NCBI RefSeq assembly: GCF_036321535.1
Contig: NC_087460.1
Coordinates: 2,356,001 to 2,420,000, forward strand
Reading direction: 5' to 3'
DNA: 64,000 nucleotides
Source of the DNA: Camelus dromedarius
Lineage: Eukaryota
Program-made: the position numbers and the translations under genes
In this document: one piece after another, positions 36,136 through 47,629 of the stretch
Layout of the letters: every line of letters begins with the position of its first letter
Position numbering within the stretch: the stretch's first letter is position 1
Notes under the pieces: model-generated
Told to the model about the DNA's origin: nothing
The model's input: the letters and a program-made list of their open reading frames with translations, nothing else
Database searches by the model: none

Positions 36136-37746
36136 AACAATTGGAGGTGTTTATTACCTGCCTTCTACCTAAAATGTCGGTTCCTTGAGGGTAAAGACTT
36201 TGTCCTTATTTTTCCTCTCCTTCATCTCCACTGTCTAGTGACATAAATCAGAGTCTGTTGCTCTTTTGTTGGTGACTGAATGAATGAATCAGGACTGTTC
36301 AGTGGGACCGGTCTGCCCTGTTGTGTGACCCTCCGGGATGCCAAGTGGCATCTCCCCTTCACCTCCACCTGCTGCATTCAAACTTCTGTCCCACCAACCC
36401 GTGGACAAAAGCTCTTATTAAAACTGATCTGGGTACTGGATTCACTGGACACTTTTGCAGACTTTTTATTACTTTGTGGGGCCTGCTGTCCCTGCCTCTC
36501 TCTCCAGCCTCCCGTCTCTGCCGACACAGCCCAGGTTCCGGCCTCATCGGCTCCCAGGTGGCACAGAACCTTCTGCCTGGTCCGCCTGCTTCCGGGGCAC
36601 TTGTTCTCTCCTTTCACACTGTCGCCAGGACCATCTGCCTAAGAGTCAAAACAAAGGAAAAACAATTGCGCTACTTATGAGACAACTGAAATTTGAACAC
36701 AGGACATTTGGTATTTAATATTTAAGGAAACACACACGTTACTATATGCTAATGTATGTATAAGTACATACAGTATATAAGTATGTATATTTGTATATGT
36801 TAGTTGTGTTCATGGGAACGGTATCATGACTGGGAATATATCGTCAAAATAATAAAGGGGTGGGGAAGTGGGTGGGGTGTGGATGGATCCTGACTGGCCA
36901 TGGGTTGATGGTTGTTGGAGCTGGGTGATGGGCATTTGGGGGCTCATTATACTGTTAACTATATTTTTGTATATTCAAAATTATCTGGCGTAAAGGTTTA
37001 AAAAAAATCCAAGTGTGATCATATCCGTCTGCTTCAAAATTTTCAGTGACTACTTAGGTCAAAGTCCAAACTCAGACGGTACACCTGGTTTTCTGACCTG
37101 ACCCGGACACTGTCCCACCTCAGTCCCTGCAAGTTGTCTTTTCACGCCCTGTGTCCAGCTACGTGGAGTCTGGTCCTGAGTCTGCAGTGCTCTTGTCTCT
37201 CCTGTGTGTGTGCTTGGAGCGCCCTCCCTGTTCTTTGGCTTTTCCCAGCCCTCCTGTACCGAGGCTGTCACCCTCTCCAGAAAGCCTCCCTTGGTGGGGT
37301 GGAAGCACTGTTCTCATTGTTGTAATTGTCTCCCTCTGCTAGACTCTCAGCTCTTTGAAGACAGGGACAGCCTGTGTCCCCGCAGGTGCTTGGCACTCAA
37401 TGGTTGTGGAGTAAGTGGTTATTCATCTTTAAATTCCCAACACCCAGAGTGGTGCTGGCAGGTGCTCGATAAATGTTCATGGGATGAACGTCGTTGAGTA
37501 TGAGCTCCTGTGTATTGAGCTGGTGGTGTGGGTACAGGAAGCCGGTGCGGGTACAGACGCCGGCAGGGCTGCAGGCCCGTAGGGGAACCGGCTGGCAGAG
37601 TGTGCAGGAGTGCTGGGGAGTCACCGGATTATCTTCTCCCCACTTGTGTTTCCTCTCTGCAGGCATGGGTTGGAACTGGAGTCTCTCCCCAGACCTGACT
37701 GCAGCCAGCATCATGCAGTTACTCACTGCTCTTCACTCACCTGTTG

Positions 37747-37914
37747 ATGCCTCCCAGAAAAAAACGCTGCCAGACGGCCCAGAAACCCCAGCTGCTATTC
37801 CACCAACAACCACTAGAGGGCCCCAGACACCGCCAAGGATCTCCCCAGCTTCCTGTCACCCACGCTAGACAGGTGCCCAGCAAGCCCATTGACCACACCA
37901 TCGTCACTTCCTGG
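37747..37914 (+). CDS. RHNO1: RHNO1 (RAD9-HUS1-RAD1 interacting nuclear orphan 1) first coding exon; exon starts at 37663
   Basis: MPPRKKRCQTAQKPQLLFHQQPLEGPRH...QVPSKPIDHTIVTSW|gtaggc. Confidence 0.96.
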
Positions 37915-38761
37915 GTAGGCCATGGGAGTCTTACAGTGACTTTTACTTTCTTAGGGTTCTCAGTGCTGACTCTGCCCAGCAAACCAGGGCTTCCAGAGAA
38001 CAAGGAGACTCCTGGGGGCGGAGACAAGGAGACAGTGTCCTCTTTCTGCCTGTCCTCGGTCATCTTCTCTGGCTTATCTTTTTCCCTAAGTTCAAACTGA
38101 GGTGTGGGTTGCTTGGAATTGGAGTCTCTCTCCCCCGCTGTCCCCTGAAAGAGCTGAGCACGAAGTCTTCACTCCCCAGTAGCTGGGTGAGAAAGCCAGA
38201 TAAATGGCTCAACGAGTCAAAAATGAGCTTGTTCCCAGAGCTTCATGTGTGAGGTGGGGTATTTAGCTAAGTCTTCTCTTTACTGCTTAGTGGATAGAAT
38301 ATGGAAGGAAAGTCCTCAGAAATGGTGTGTGTTATATTCTGACAGTTGAAAAGCCCTGGGAAGAGAACACAGCTCCTGTATGTCAGGGAAGTAGTGTAGC
38401 GAAGGAGCCAGACAGAAGCCTATGCCCTGCCTCAGAGAGCTCTGCCAGGTGCTGGGGGCGACGGTGGCCAGGACAGCCGGGCCCTGCCGTCAGCGTCCAG
38501 AGCGAGACGCTTAGCTGTCCTGCAGCCGTGTGATGAAGTGACAGAGGCGTTGTCCCCTTTCTTGCACACGAGGAAACTGAAAGCCAGGGAGATGGAGTGA
38601 CTTGCCCAAAGCTCATACCCCTTTCCGCCTTCATCCAGTTAGACAGCTTATCTCAGGCCCATTCCTGTAGCGGGCTCCTGCTTGGGATCCTGGCCATTGG
38701 ACGCAGTTTCCTTCGGTTTGGATGTGGCTCTCCCTCACCTTTTCTCACTCCCAATCCTTAG

Positions 38762-39316
38762 GTATCACCTCAGTTTGATACAACAGCAGAAAGCTGGTTC
38801 CCAGCCAACCATAAACGTCATCTCCGAGCCCAGGCCAGGCATTCAAGTCGGAAATCTGCCACCTGCAAGTTTCCACGTCTAACATTTGAGAGTCCACCGT
38901 CTTCCTCCAGGTCAGCCACACCCGGGACCCCCTTAATCAGGGGCTGCCCCAACCAACCAGAAAAGGACATTGCCAGAAGGGCCTTAGTTCCCATGCTCAG
39001 TCCCCAAAGCTGCGGGGAGCTGTCAGCACCTGCACTTCAAAACCTACCTTACGTGTTCACCCCACCTGATATCCAGACCCCAGAGTCGTCCATGAGGGGA
39101 GGGCTCGTGCCCCCAGAGCAGAGGGGAAACAGCCTTCCGAGCGGCTCCCTTCACAGCAGCACTCCCGAGAGCCCCGAGCCCGGGCCCGTTCTGGTTACAG
39201 ACACCCCCGAGGAGAAGTATGGAATAAAGGTCACCTGGAGGAGGCGACGACACCTGTTCATGTACCTCAGGGAGAGAGGGAAGCTGAGCAGAAGCCAGTT
39301 TCTTGTGAAAAACTGA
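38762..39316 (+). CDS. RHNO1: RHNO1 last coding exon
   Basis: ccttag|GTA; VSPQFDTTAESWFP...VLVTDTPEEKYGIKVTWRRRRHLFMYLRERGKLSRSQFLVKN-stop(TGA); total 240 aa. Confidence 0.96.
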   Translation, partial: VSPQFDTTAESWFPANHKRHLRAQARHSSRKSATCKFPRLTFESPPSSSRSATPGTPLIRGCPNQPEKDIARRALVPMLSPQSCGELSAPALQNLPYVFTPPDIQTPESSMRGGLVPPEQRGNSLPSGSLHSSTPESPEPGPVLVTDTPEEKYGIKVTWRRRRHLFMYLRERGKLSRSQFLVKN

Positions 39317-39627
39317 CGGGATTTCTCAGACATCAGGCGTCCCAAGAAACTGATGGCTGGTTTTCATCCAGTTGCTCACATCACTTGTCTAGCTCACAAG
39401 CAAGGACGTCAGTAGGGTAAAATGGAAGCAACACCAGGAACACCAGTAGAAAAAAGATATTTTAACTAGAGCTGTGAAGTCATGAGGGAATTCAATTTCC
39501 AGACTTGCTTTTTAAAATATCCGGTGCCATAAACAGTTTTTAGTGTCATAAACAGTTCACTTCATGTTTTCCTTGTATTAACTGTTTTAAAATTTTAAAT
39601 ATTTTAAAACTGCTTAAAATGTATGTA

Positions 39628-39633
39628 AATAAA
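39628..39633 (+). terminator. RHNO1 proximal poly(A) signal candidate
   Basis: AATAAA preceded by TGTATGT. Confidence 0.55.
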
Positions 39634-40060
39634 TGGCTGCAGAAAGTTTTCACAGAAGCCTGCTCCTGACACTAATGCAGCAATACAGCCTCCTTCACAA
39701 AGGGGTTTCTTAGTTGTTCCCTGTAACCACTGCTTTTTCAGCCTTCTAATCGCTTCCTTCAAACTAACTCATTCCACGTGTTTGAGTGCCAGCTCTGTGT
39801 ACAGCTCCCTCCGTGACATGAGGCATGGAAAAACTCGAAGCAAAGTGAGTGTTTGTAGCTGCTGCCTCTGCTCGTCTGCTGAAAGGGCAAGGTTCTGAAG
39901 AAAGGGCAGCAAGCCTGTTTTAATGAGTTCAGTGGGATCAGGGGAGATAAGTTACTTCGCGGTGCTATGTTTTCATCTCTTGCTTCCAACTGAAGTAACC
40001 TGTAAAAATTAAATAGGGTGGGAAAATGATTTCTTGTCGTAACTGTTTAAAATGTATGTA

Positions 40061-40066
40061 AATAAA
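40061..40066 (+). terminator. RHNO1 distal poly(A) signal candidate
   Basis: AATAAA preceded by TGTATGT and followed by a GT/T-rich tract. Confidence 0.65.
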
Positions 40067-40479
40067 TGTGTAATGTTTTCAAATACTACTTTTTATTGTA
40101 ATTAATGCAGAAGGACTGCCCGGTCAACAAAATGTCTCGATTGTCCTTTCATCCACACAAATAGCATCTCTCTCATTCAACTCCATTTCGTCAGCTTTCA
40201 GAACCAAATCTGTGTCAGGTCCAGCCTGAGCCAGACAAGCAGAGATTATTTACTTTAAAAATGGGTGGAGGCTGACCAGCGAGCGCAGTGCCAAGTTCTC
40301 TGCCTCTTAGAAACTCAAAACCAGTGTGGAAACACTTGGCCTCGGAATGCTGTAAAGTCAACGTGCGATGACCTTTGACAGGGCGCTCTGTGGAGTCTGT
40401 AATGCTGCGTAAGCAAGACTTACTGGATCCAATAGTGGATCTCAGTAGGATACGGGAGTTTGAAGACGGTCGGTAGGCT

Positions 40480-41620
40480 GCAGAGAGAGGAAGGTGGAAA
40501 AGGTGGTCCGGCGAATGTGCGCGGCCGGTCTAGGACGCTCTAAGACCCTGGGCTGGACCAGGGGAGGCTGTGGGGGGTCCAGTGTGGCTGGGAGCAGACG
40601 CATTTGGTTGGGAAGAAACGCTGGGCCGGGCCAGGGATGGTTCGGGGAAGGCCTGGGTGTTGGGAGGGCTGGCCCGCGCGGGAGTGGGCGGAGGTCTGCC
40701 AGTCCCCCGGGGCGGCGCCCCCAGGAAGCGCGGTGGGTGGTCTCCGGGTAGGGCCTGCAGGGTGCCGGCGGGCCCAGGCGCTCCGCGGTTAGCTGGGGAT
40801 GGGCGGCTCCGCCCTTAGCAACCCGCTCGTAGCAACCCTCCCGCGGCGCCTCCGCCCGTAGCAACCTTCCGGGGGAGCGACGGGCTCATGGGCCAATAGG
40901 CGGGGACCGACGAGCGCGCGGCGGCCAATGGGCGCGGAGCAGCGGGCGCGCGGGCCAATGGGAGGCGGCGACAGTGTGAGGTGCTGTTTCGGGGCGGGGC
41001 GGGGCGGCTACGCCAGGCTGGCCCCCGCCGCAACGTCCCGGGTGTGGACGCGGCAGCAGCTCTCGGAGCGGCGGGATGGAGGCGTCGCGCTGCCGCCCGG
41101 GACCCCGCGGGGACAGGTCAGGAGCGGTGGCGACGGGCAGAAGCCGAAGGGGGTCATGGCGGTCCGGGCGGGAGCCGAGGGGAGCGCGAGGCCTGGGCCG
41201 GGGGCGCGGGGGCGGTGGGAGAGGACCGGGCCTAGCGGCGGAGTGGGGGCGGGGGGCGCCCGCGCCGAGGGCCGGCTCGTGTCCGGTCCCGCTGGGACCC
41301 GCGGGGTCGGTCCCGCCTCGTCGGAACGCGTCAGGCAGGCGGCCTCCCCTTCTGGGCCCGCGCGCGGGGGCGCTCCGGGGTCCAGCAGAGCCCGCTGTGG
41401 CGGCGGCGCTGCGGGCGGTCACGGACCCGGGGTCGCGGAGCGCGGATGCGGGCGGGGCGGAACCGCGGCTGGGTCTCGGCCTGAGCCCGCGCCGCCCGCC
41501 CTCTCTGCCCGGCGGCCCCCCGAGGTGCGGCCGGAGCGGGGTCGGGGCCGGCCGGCGTGGAGACAGCTGTAAACCCTTGAAAGCGCTGCGGTCCGGGAGG
41601 CCTCGGGGTAGAGAACATCC
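40480..41620. promoter_or_regulatory. CpG island; TULP3 promoter
   Basis: TAGCAAC at 40816, 40830, 40859; CCAAT at 40893, 40925, 40955; multiple GC boxes. Confidence 0.9.
41076..41116 (+). CDS. TULP3: TULP3 (tubby-like protein 3) exon 1 coding part
   Basis: gcgggATGG; MEASRCRPGPRGD(S) AG|gtcagg. Confidence 0.93.
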
Positions 41621-44600
41621 CTTTTCCTTTTTCTTCGCCTTTTACTTACAAGAGAGCTGCGCCCTGTGAAGCTGGCTCATTGCCCTTTGTTTTTTTCTCA
41701 AGTCGAGTGGAGAATCTACACTTAAAAGTGTAAATAGGGAGGCGCCAGGAGGAGTTAAAGTTAAAATTCAGGGTCTTGGTTGAATTCTGTGATGCTTGCT
41801 CAGTCATGGGCATTCAGTAAATCCTAAGTGAATGAATTTAAGGTAGTGAACTTCATGGCTGCCAGATGTTTAATAGGAGTCATGATTTTTGGAAAGAAGA
41901 ATGGAATTGACGTTGAAATTGACCAGGGGCGGAATGGTGTTTCATCTCTCAGACCTGTAGTTTAAAGGAATAATTTAAAAGTTTTTCTTTTTTTTTTCTT
42001 CCCAAAGAAACCAGCTCTTTAATTTTAAAATTTACATCAAAGGGGAGTGTGTGAGTCACCAAATGTTTCTCCTGCCCTAGGTAATCCTAGTGCAGTAGAA
42101 ACTGCACTGTGATGGAAGTCACCGGTTAACTCATTTGCTGAGGAGTGGAATAAATGTCTTTTGCTTTGTTTTGGCATCATGTTGTGTGTTTGTGATGTTT
42201 TTGATGAAATACATTGACAGACTTTTTGGTATTAATGCCTTTCAGTGTGAAGGATAACATCTGACTTTGAAGCTTCCTGTGATTTTTTTTCTTCTTCTTT
42301 GAATGATGTGACTGTTCTGATTTATTTTCAACAAAGTAGAAATATTATCAACAAATAGACTTCAAATGTTTTCCTGTATCTGAAATATTTAGTGGAAATC
42401 GGAGATGGAATTTGAAACAGCACTCTCAGGTCCGTGGCTGAGGTCGGCATTTATGTTGTAGAGTCCCCTGGAGATGACAGTGGTTGCCTGGGAACTTGAG
42501 CCTCTCTGGTCTTTTGTTTCTGCTAGAAGATTGAAGATGTGGTGAGAGAGACTTCTCCTTGTGGTGTGACCTTGGGACCCAGAGTTGACAAAGAAAGCCC
42601 TAGTCGGGTTTCTCCTGTGCCATGATTTCTCTGTAGAAACACAAACGGTTGTGGTGGCTGGGGGTCTTGGTGGCTGGAGGTTATGTCTTGGCCAACCTTG
42701 TTATTCTCTCTCATGTTCTCTTTTTCAAATGTTTCATCAGATGAACTAATTGTTGGCAAACAGGCTTATTAAAAATACTCAGGTTAACTAATACAAGCCT
42801 ACAGTACTTTTGGCGATTATCAAAAGTTACAGTAGAAGCCTAGTAACGTTTAACATGCATACATTTCTCCAGATACAAAGGCTACATAGAGACCCAGGAA
42901 GGAAAGAATAATCCCTGTAGTAAGTTTTCTGTCTTCCAAGATCATTCTGTTCCAAGCAGACAGAGGCAGACGTTTTTTGGAAGTTTTCGTTTCTGCCTTC
43001 TCTTATGCTTTCCTGTGGAAACTATTGTTTTGTTTTCCCTGCATTTGTGCCCGTTGAAAGAAAAAGTTAACATTTCTTCTCACCAAGAGGAGACTATGCC
43101 TGAATTACTCAGAGGAAGCGTTGAAGCTGCCTTGCTTGTCCGTGTTGGAGGACTGTAGGACTGGAAGGGGCCCTGGTAATTCCCTTAAGTGTCTTGTTCC
43201 AGAGCAGTGTAGTTGTTAGGGCTTCTTTCAAACTAAAATTTCCTAGTCTGCTTTTCTTTATTTCCTCTGAGGCAGTTCACTAGGAATAAGCTCTCTGTAC
43301 TACTAACTCTGTGCTGCCTCATCAGACAGTCTTACTGTTGGTAAGACTGTGACATTTTACTGGCCTGGTTAAAGCTTGAATCCACTTAAGCCTGAGAAGA
43401 GACACTGTCCACGTTGTGGTGGATGTGCTGTCCCTGTTAACTCTCTTAGCAGTTGTTATGAGTTTGGACTGTCATCTGGGTCGCTTTGCCTTAGAGCTTC
43501 TGTTAAAACAGAAATGACTAGCGTTGTATCATAGCAGTCACCGAGACCCCCGGAAGACCACAGTTCTGAAAGGGATTATAGTAATGCTTTGTTTATCAGA
43601 TGGCCCTTGTGTTTTAACACATGGCATTGTGGTGAGGGGGGAGCCCTGGAAGCTTCCACTGGGCTCCGGAGTTCTGGTCCCAGCCTTTTCACTCTCCCGC
43701 GGTGCGATCTTGAGCTGCTATCTACGTCTTTGGCTTCAGTTTTCTCCTCTGAAATACTAGGGTTTCTTTGGATTCCCTCAGTGATTTGTACCGAATTTAT
43801 GAAACAACATGTATTTTTAAACTGCATGTGGCTCAAATTTCAAAAGGTACAGAATGATATTCAGGGAAAAGTGTGTCTTCTTTTCTCATTGTCTCCATGT
43901 CACTTAGTTAGTTCACTGGTAGGTTTCTTAAGGGGGCCTTGCAGAGATGCTCTGTGTATTACATAATCTCTTAATATTCCTTTCCCACTCTTAAAATGTG
44001 ATGATTTTGAGTTTTCGAGTAGAATATGATAATCCAAACTCTTTTCAGAAGCAAAGGAAATCTTTATTCTTTGATCAAAAAATGGAGAGGTGCAAGATCG
44101 TGCTCTAGAGCACACGCTCTTAATCCAAACTCATATCTACTTTCATCATGGACAAGACAAGATGTATTTTCAGAATATGAACCTTGGTTACTTACAGTTC
44201 TGATTTTTTTCTGTGATAATTAATGTATGGAAAATAAGGCTTGTAAGAAGAAAACAAGAGTTATTTTTCAGATGAGCTTCCTGAAGAATAAATCATTGCT
44301 CTTTAGCTTTACTGGAAGAAACTTCGATATATTTATAGTTTGCCTGTGATTTTAGGCTTTAGAATGAAGCAGGTTTAATAGAGGGTTGACTTGTTTTCCT
44401 ATTGAAATAGAGTGTAATTTTGTTATGGCAATTTGATATGTCACGTAAGCCAGAGGCAAAGTAGAGAGAGGTGTTTTGACTGAGCAAAGTTGGCAAGCTG
44501 TGTTTTTAAAAAGCGAAGATCTGTCAGGATAAAATGATCAGTAACAGTAACTGACATTTGTGTATCCTTTGCAGTGTTCATAGAGCTTTCATGTACCTGA

Positions 44601-46619
44601 CCTTTTCTGAGCTTCACAACTCCAGACAAAGCAGGGCTGGTGTCATTATCTTCGTTTTATAGAAGGGGAAATTAAGGCTCAGAAAGGGTGTGCTACAGCT
44701 AAGGTTGCAGGATGGGTAGATGATGTAGTCAAAGCTAAAATCTGGAAGTAAAACCAGGCTTTTGCCTTCTGGTCTCCTCTCTTCTTCTCACTTATTATCA
44801 GAATATCTGTTGCAGATATTCTGGGTGCCGTTTGTGCACATAAATGATAACAACTGACACTGCTTACATTCTAATTTTAGGGCAAGCAGGTGAAGAAATC
44901 AGACATTTTAGCAGCGCAAATGTCATCCAATGGAAAGGGAGTGGAAATACCTGGTGTTGTTGGGCAAAAGAATATACTTTTATTCCTACACAAGAGAGAA
45001 ATAAGTAACATTACTGGAGAGAAACTGTAACCCCTGAGGGAAGGAGACCCCGGCAAAAGGTGGAGTGAACTTAGATTCTGAGTAATGTCCTTTTTTAAAA
45101 TCTGTAAAGAATAAAGGGTTTTTAAACTGGATCAAGTTAAGACAATTTAAATAACCTTTCTGTTTGGCTCACTTAAAAGAATGCTTTTTGCTTTTGCATG
45201 TGGAGCAGGCAAATGGAGAGTGCTCATCTAAAGCGATTTCCACGCTGCATTCTTGGGGGCCAAATGAGTCATCTGATCAGTTGCCAAGCTTTCCTTTCTC
45301 CTTGCCTCTCTCTGCCCAAGCAATTCTCACTTTTGTCTGATTGCCTCTACTGAATCGGCCTCTTCGGGAATGAATTTTCATTCCTTAGCTTCAGTTAAGC
45401 TAGTTCCAGATTGTGGTGGTTGTTCACATAGAAGGCGGTTGCGCCTAGAATATTCACAGCCGTCCTCAGATGAGTAAGGGTAGGTGTCTACGGGGTCTCC
45501 TCTGGCAGTTCTAATTTGATCGTTATGTGTCTTTTCCCAGAAGCAATGTTTCGTTCCAGCTGGATGTGCTCTTGGGTCTCAGTGCATGTGACAGTACGGC
45601 CTTCCAACATTGACGTTTGGATTTGGGCAAGGTGAATCTATTTGTCAGTTGACTTAGAGGAAATTACTTTACTAATAGCTATCGACTCAGCTACCTGACA
45701 CCATAATCAGTTCGGGCACAATGAAATCTGAGGACGCTTTTCCAATCTTTATACTGTGATCAGCTGCTCCCAAGGGCTTCTTCAAAATCCATTCACTGAC
45801 TTGGAAATTCTGCTACCTAAAAATACCGGTGAACTGGCATTTTGACCAAAAGATTCTTGGCAGACTTACTGAAGTATCATAGTAATGAAATTCCAGACTT
45901 TCTGCCGACCACGTGAGTGTGTATGGTTAGTGGTGCCCTTCTGCACGCTGAGGGGGTGCAGTGAGATTTGTGATTGAGTTCTCGGTCTTGCACTTGTCAG
46001 CTGTCTGACCTGGAGCAGGCAGCTTCATCTCTGAGTCTGATACTCTGTAAAATGGGATTGTAGGTTTGTTGTGAGAATTAGATGAGGTGATAGATAAGTA
46101 TTCAATGTACTTCCTGGCACATAGTAGTTATTTACTAAATGGAACTGTAGTGCACCTGCTAATTTGACAACGTATTAAGGTTTCAATATTAATAAAAATT
46201 CAGATTTCTGAAGATTGATTTAATACAAGGATAATTTTAGAAATGTTTAGGTTTCTAGCATTAGAAAGGCTATGACGAAGTTTTTAAACGGTGATAATAT
46301 CATGGTGAAATTATTAAAGTCTTGTCAGTGAAGACAAGATCAAGGTAATAAATTTGTTTGTAGTATTTAAAAGGTTGTAATGTAGAGCAAAAATTCTTAT
46401 AGCAGTAGTTGCACGTGTTAAGTGCTGACTCGGCTAAATCTCACTTAATCCTCACAGTAACCGTATGATTTAATGCTCACTTTATGGATTAAGTGTCATT
46501 ATCCTCATGTCATAGCTGAGGAGTCACTCTGACCGCACACCTGTTGTGTTTGGAGTCACTCTGACCGCACACCTGTGCTTCTCTAAGTGGGGAATTTGAC
46601 CCTTTTGTTTGATCTTCAC

Positions 46620-46939
46620 CAGGGGTCAGCAAACCTTTTCTGTAAAAAGCCAAATGCTAAATATTTTCTGTTTTGTGGGCCACATGGTCTCTGTCCCACC
46701 TGTGCAGCTTCCACGGGGATTACGTACATGAATGAGCAGTAAATGGGAGAGCATGTTGTTTCAATAAGGCTTTATTTATAGACACTGAAATTTGAATTTG
46801 AAACAACTTTGCATATCATGAAATAATAATATTCTGATTTTTTTAACCTTTTAAAAATAAACCATTCTCAGCTCACAAGCAATATAGAAATAGACAGTTG
46901 GCCAAATTTGACCAATAAGTTGTGGTTTGCAGATCCCTG
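46620..46939 (+). mobile_element. MER58B-like hAT-Charlie DNA transposon
   Basis: TIRs caggggtcagcaaac ... gtttgcagatccctg, internal ttctgtaaaaagccaaatgctaaatatttt. Confidence 0.8.
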
Positions 46940-47629
46940 TGCTAAGTCACAAGATGAGAATATTTCATCCTAGTCAATCATAATTATTCACATTATGAAT
47001 ATTATTATAAGAGAGAAATGGGTTTTTTATGTTAAAATAGAGCCAGTTATGATAGTGTATAGAATGCAAAATTAATTTTCAGGATAAAACTTGAGATTCT
47101 TAAGATACAGTATTCCGTCAGTGGTCTTTGGGCTATACCTCCTTCCTTTCCCCATGAAATCACTCTCTGGCTGTTAGAGGCACTTTGATGGAACTAGTGC
47201 CTGCACAAATCCACATAAACGTCAGTGTGCCAATAATAGATAGTTAGAATTTAAAGGTTATTTATATGTTCGTTAAGTTGGAGGGAAGTTGTGGTTGGTG
47301 ATTGGTCCTGTGAAATCACGCACGTGAGGCCATGTGGGAGATGGGGGGTTCTCCCATTCCTCTGTCCTTGTCTCTGTGATTTACAGCGGCTCTGGTAAGT
47401 ACTGGTTACATTTACAAGTTTATGATTAGTAATACTCGTTTACTCTTGAAAATGTCTGGTTTGGAAAAGAAGTTTTTTGACAGCCGGCCTTTGAGGTAAC
47501 TTGTTAACAGTGTGTGTACATCTGTCTGGAGTTCTGTGCCTGTAGGCAGCACAGACATCTTCCCCCTCCCACCACTTAGAAAAATACGTATAATATTTAT
47601 ATACTGAAAATACAACATATATCCTGAAC

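Noticed and set aside
40886-41669. Long ORFs over the TULP3 CpG island, including a 197-aa read-through of exon 1
   Set aside because: Only the first 41 nt match TULP3 before a canonical donor; the rest is intron or GC artefact.
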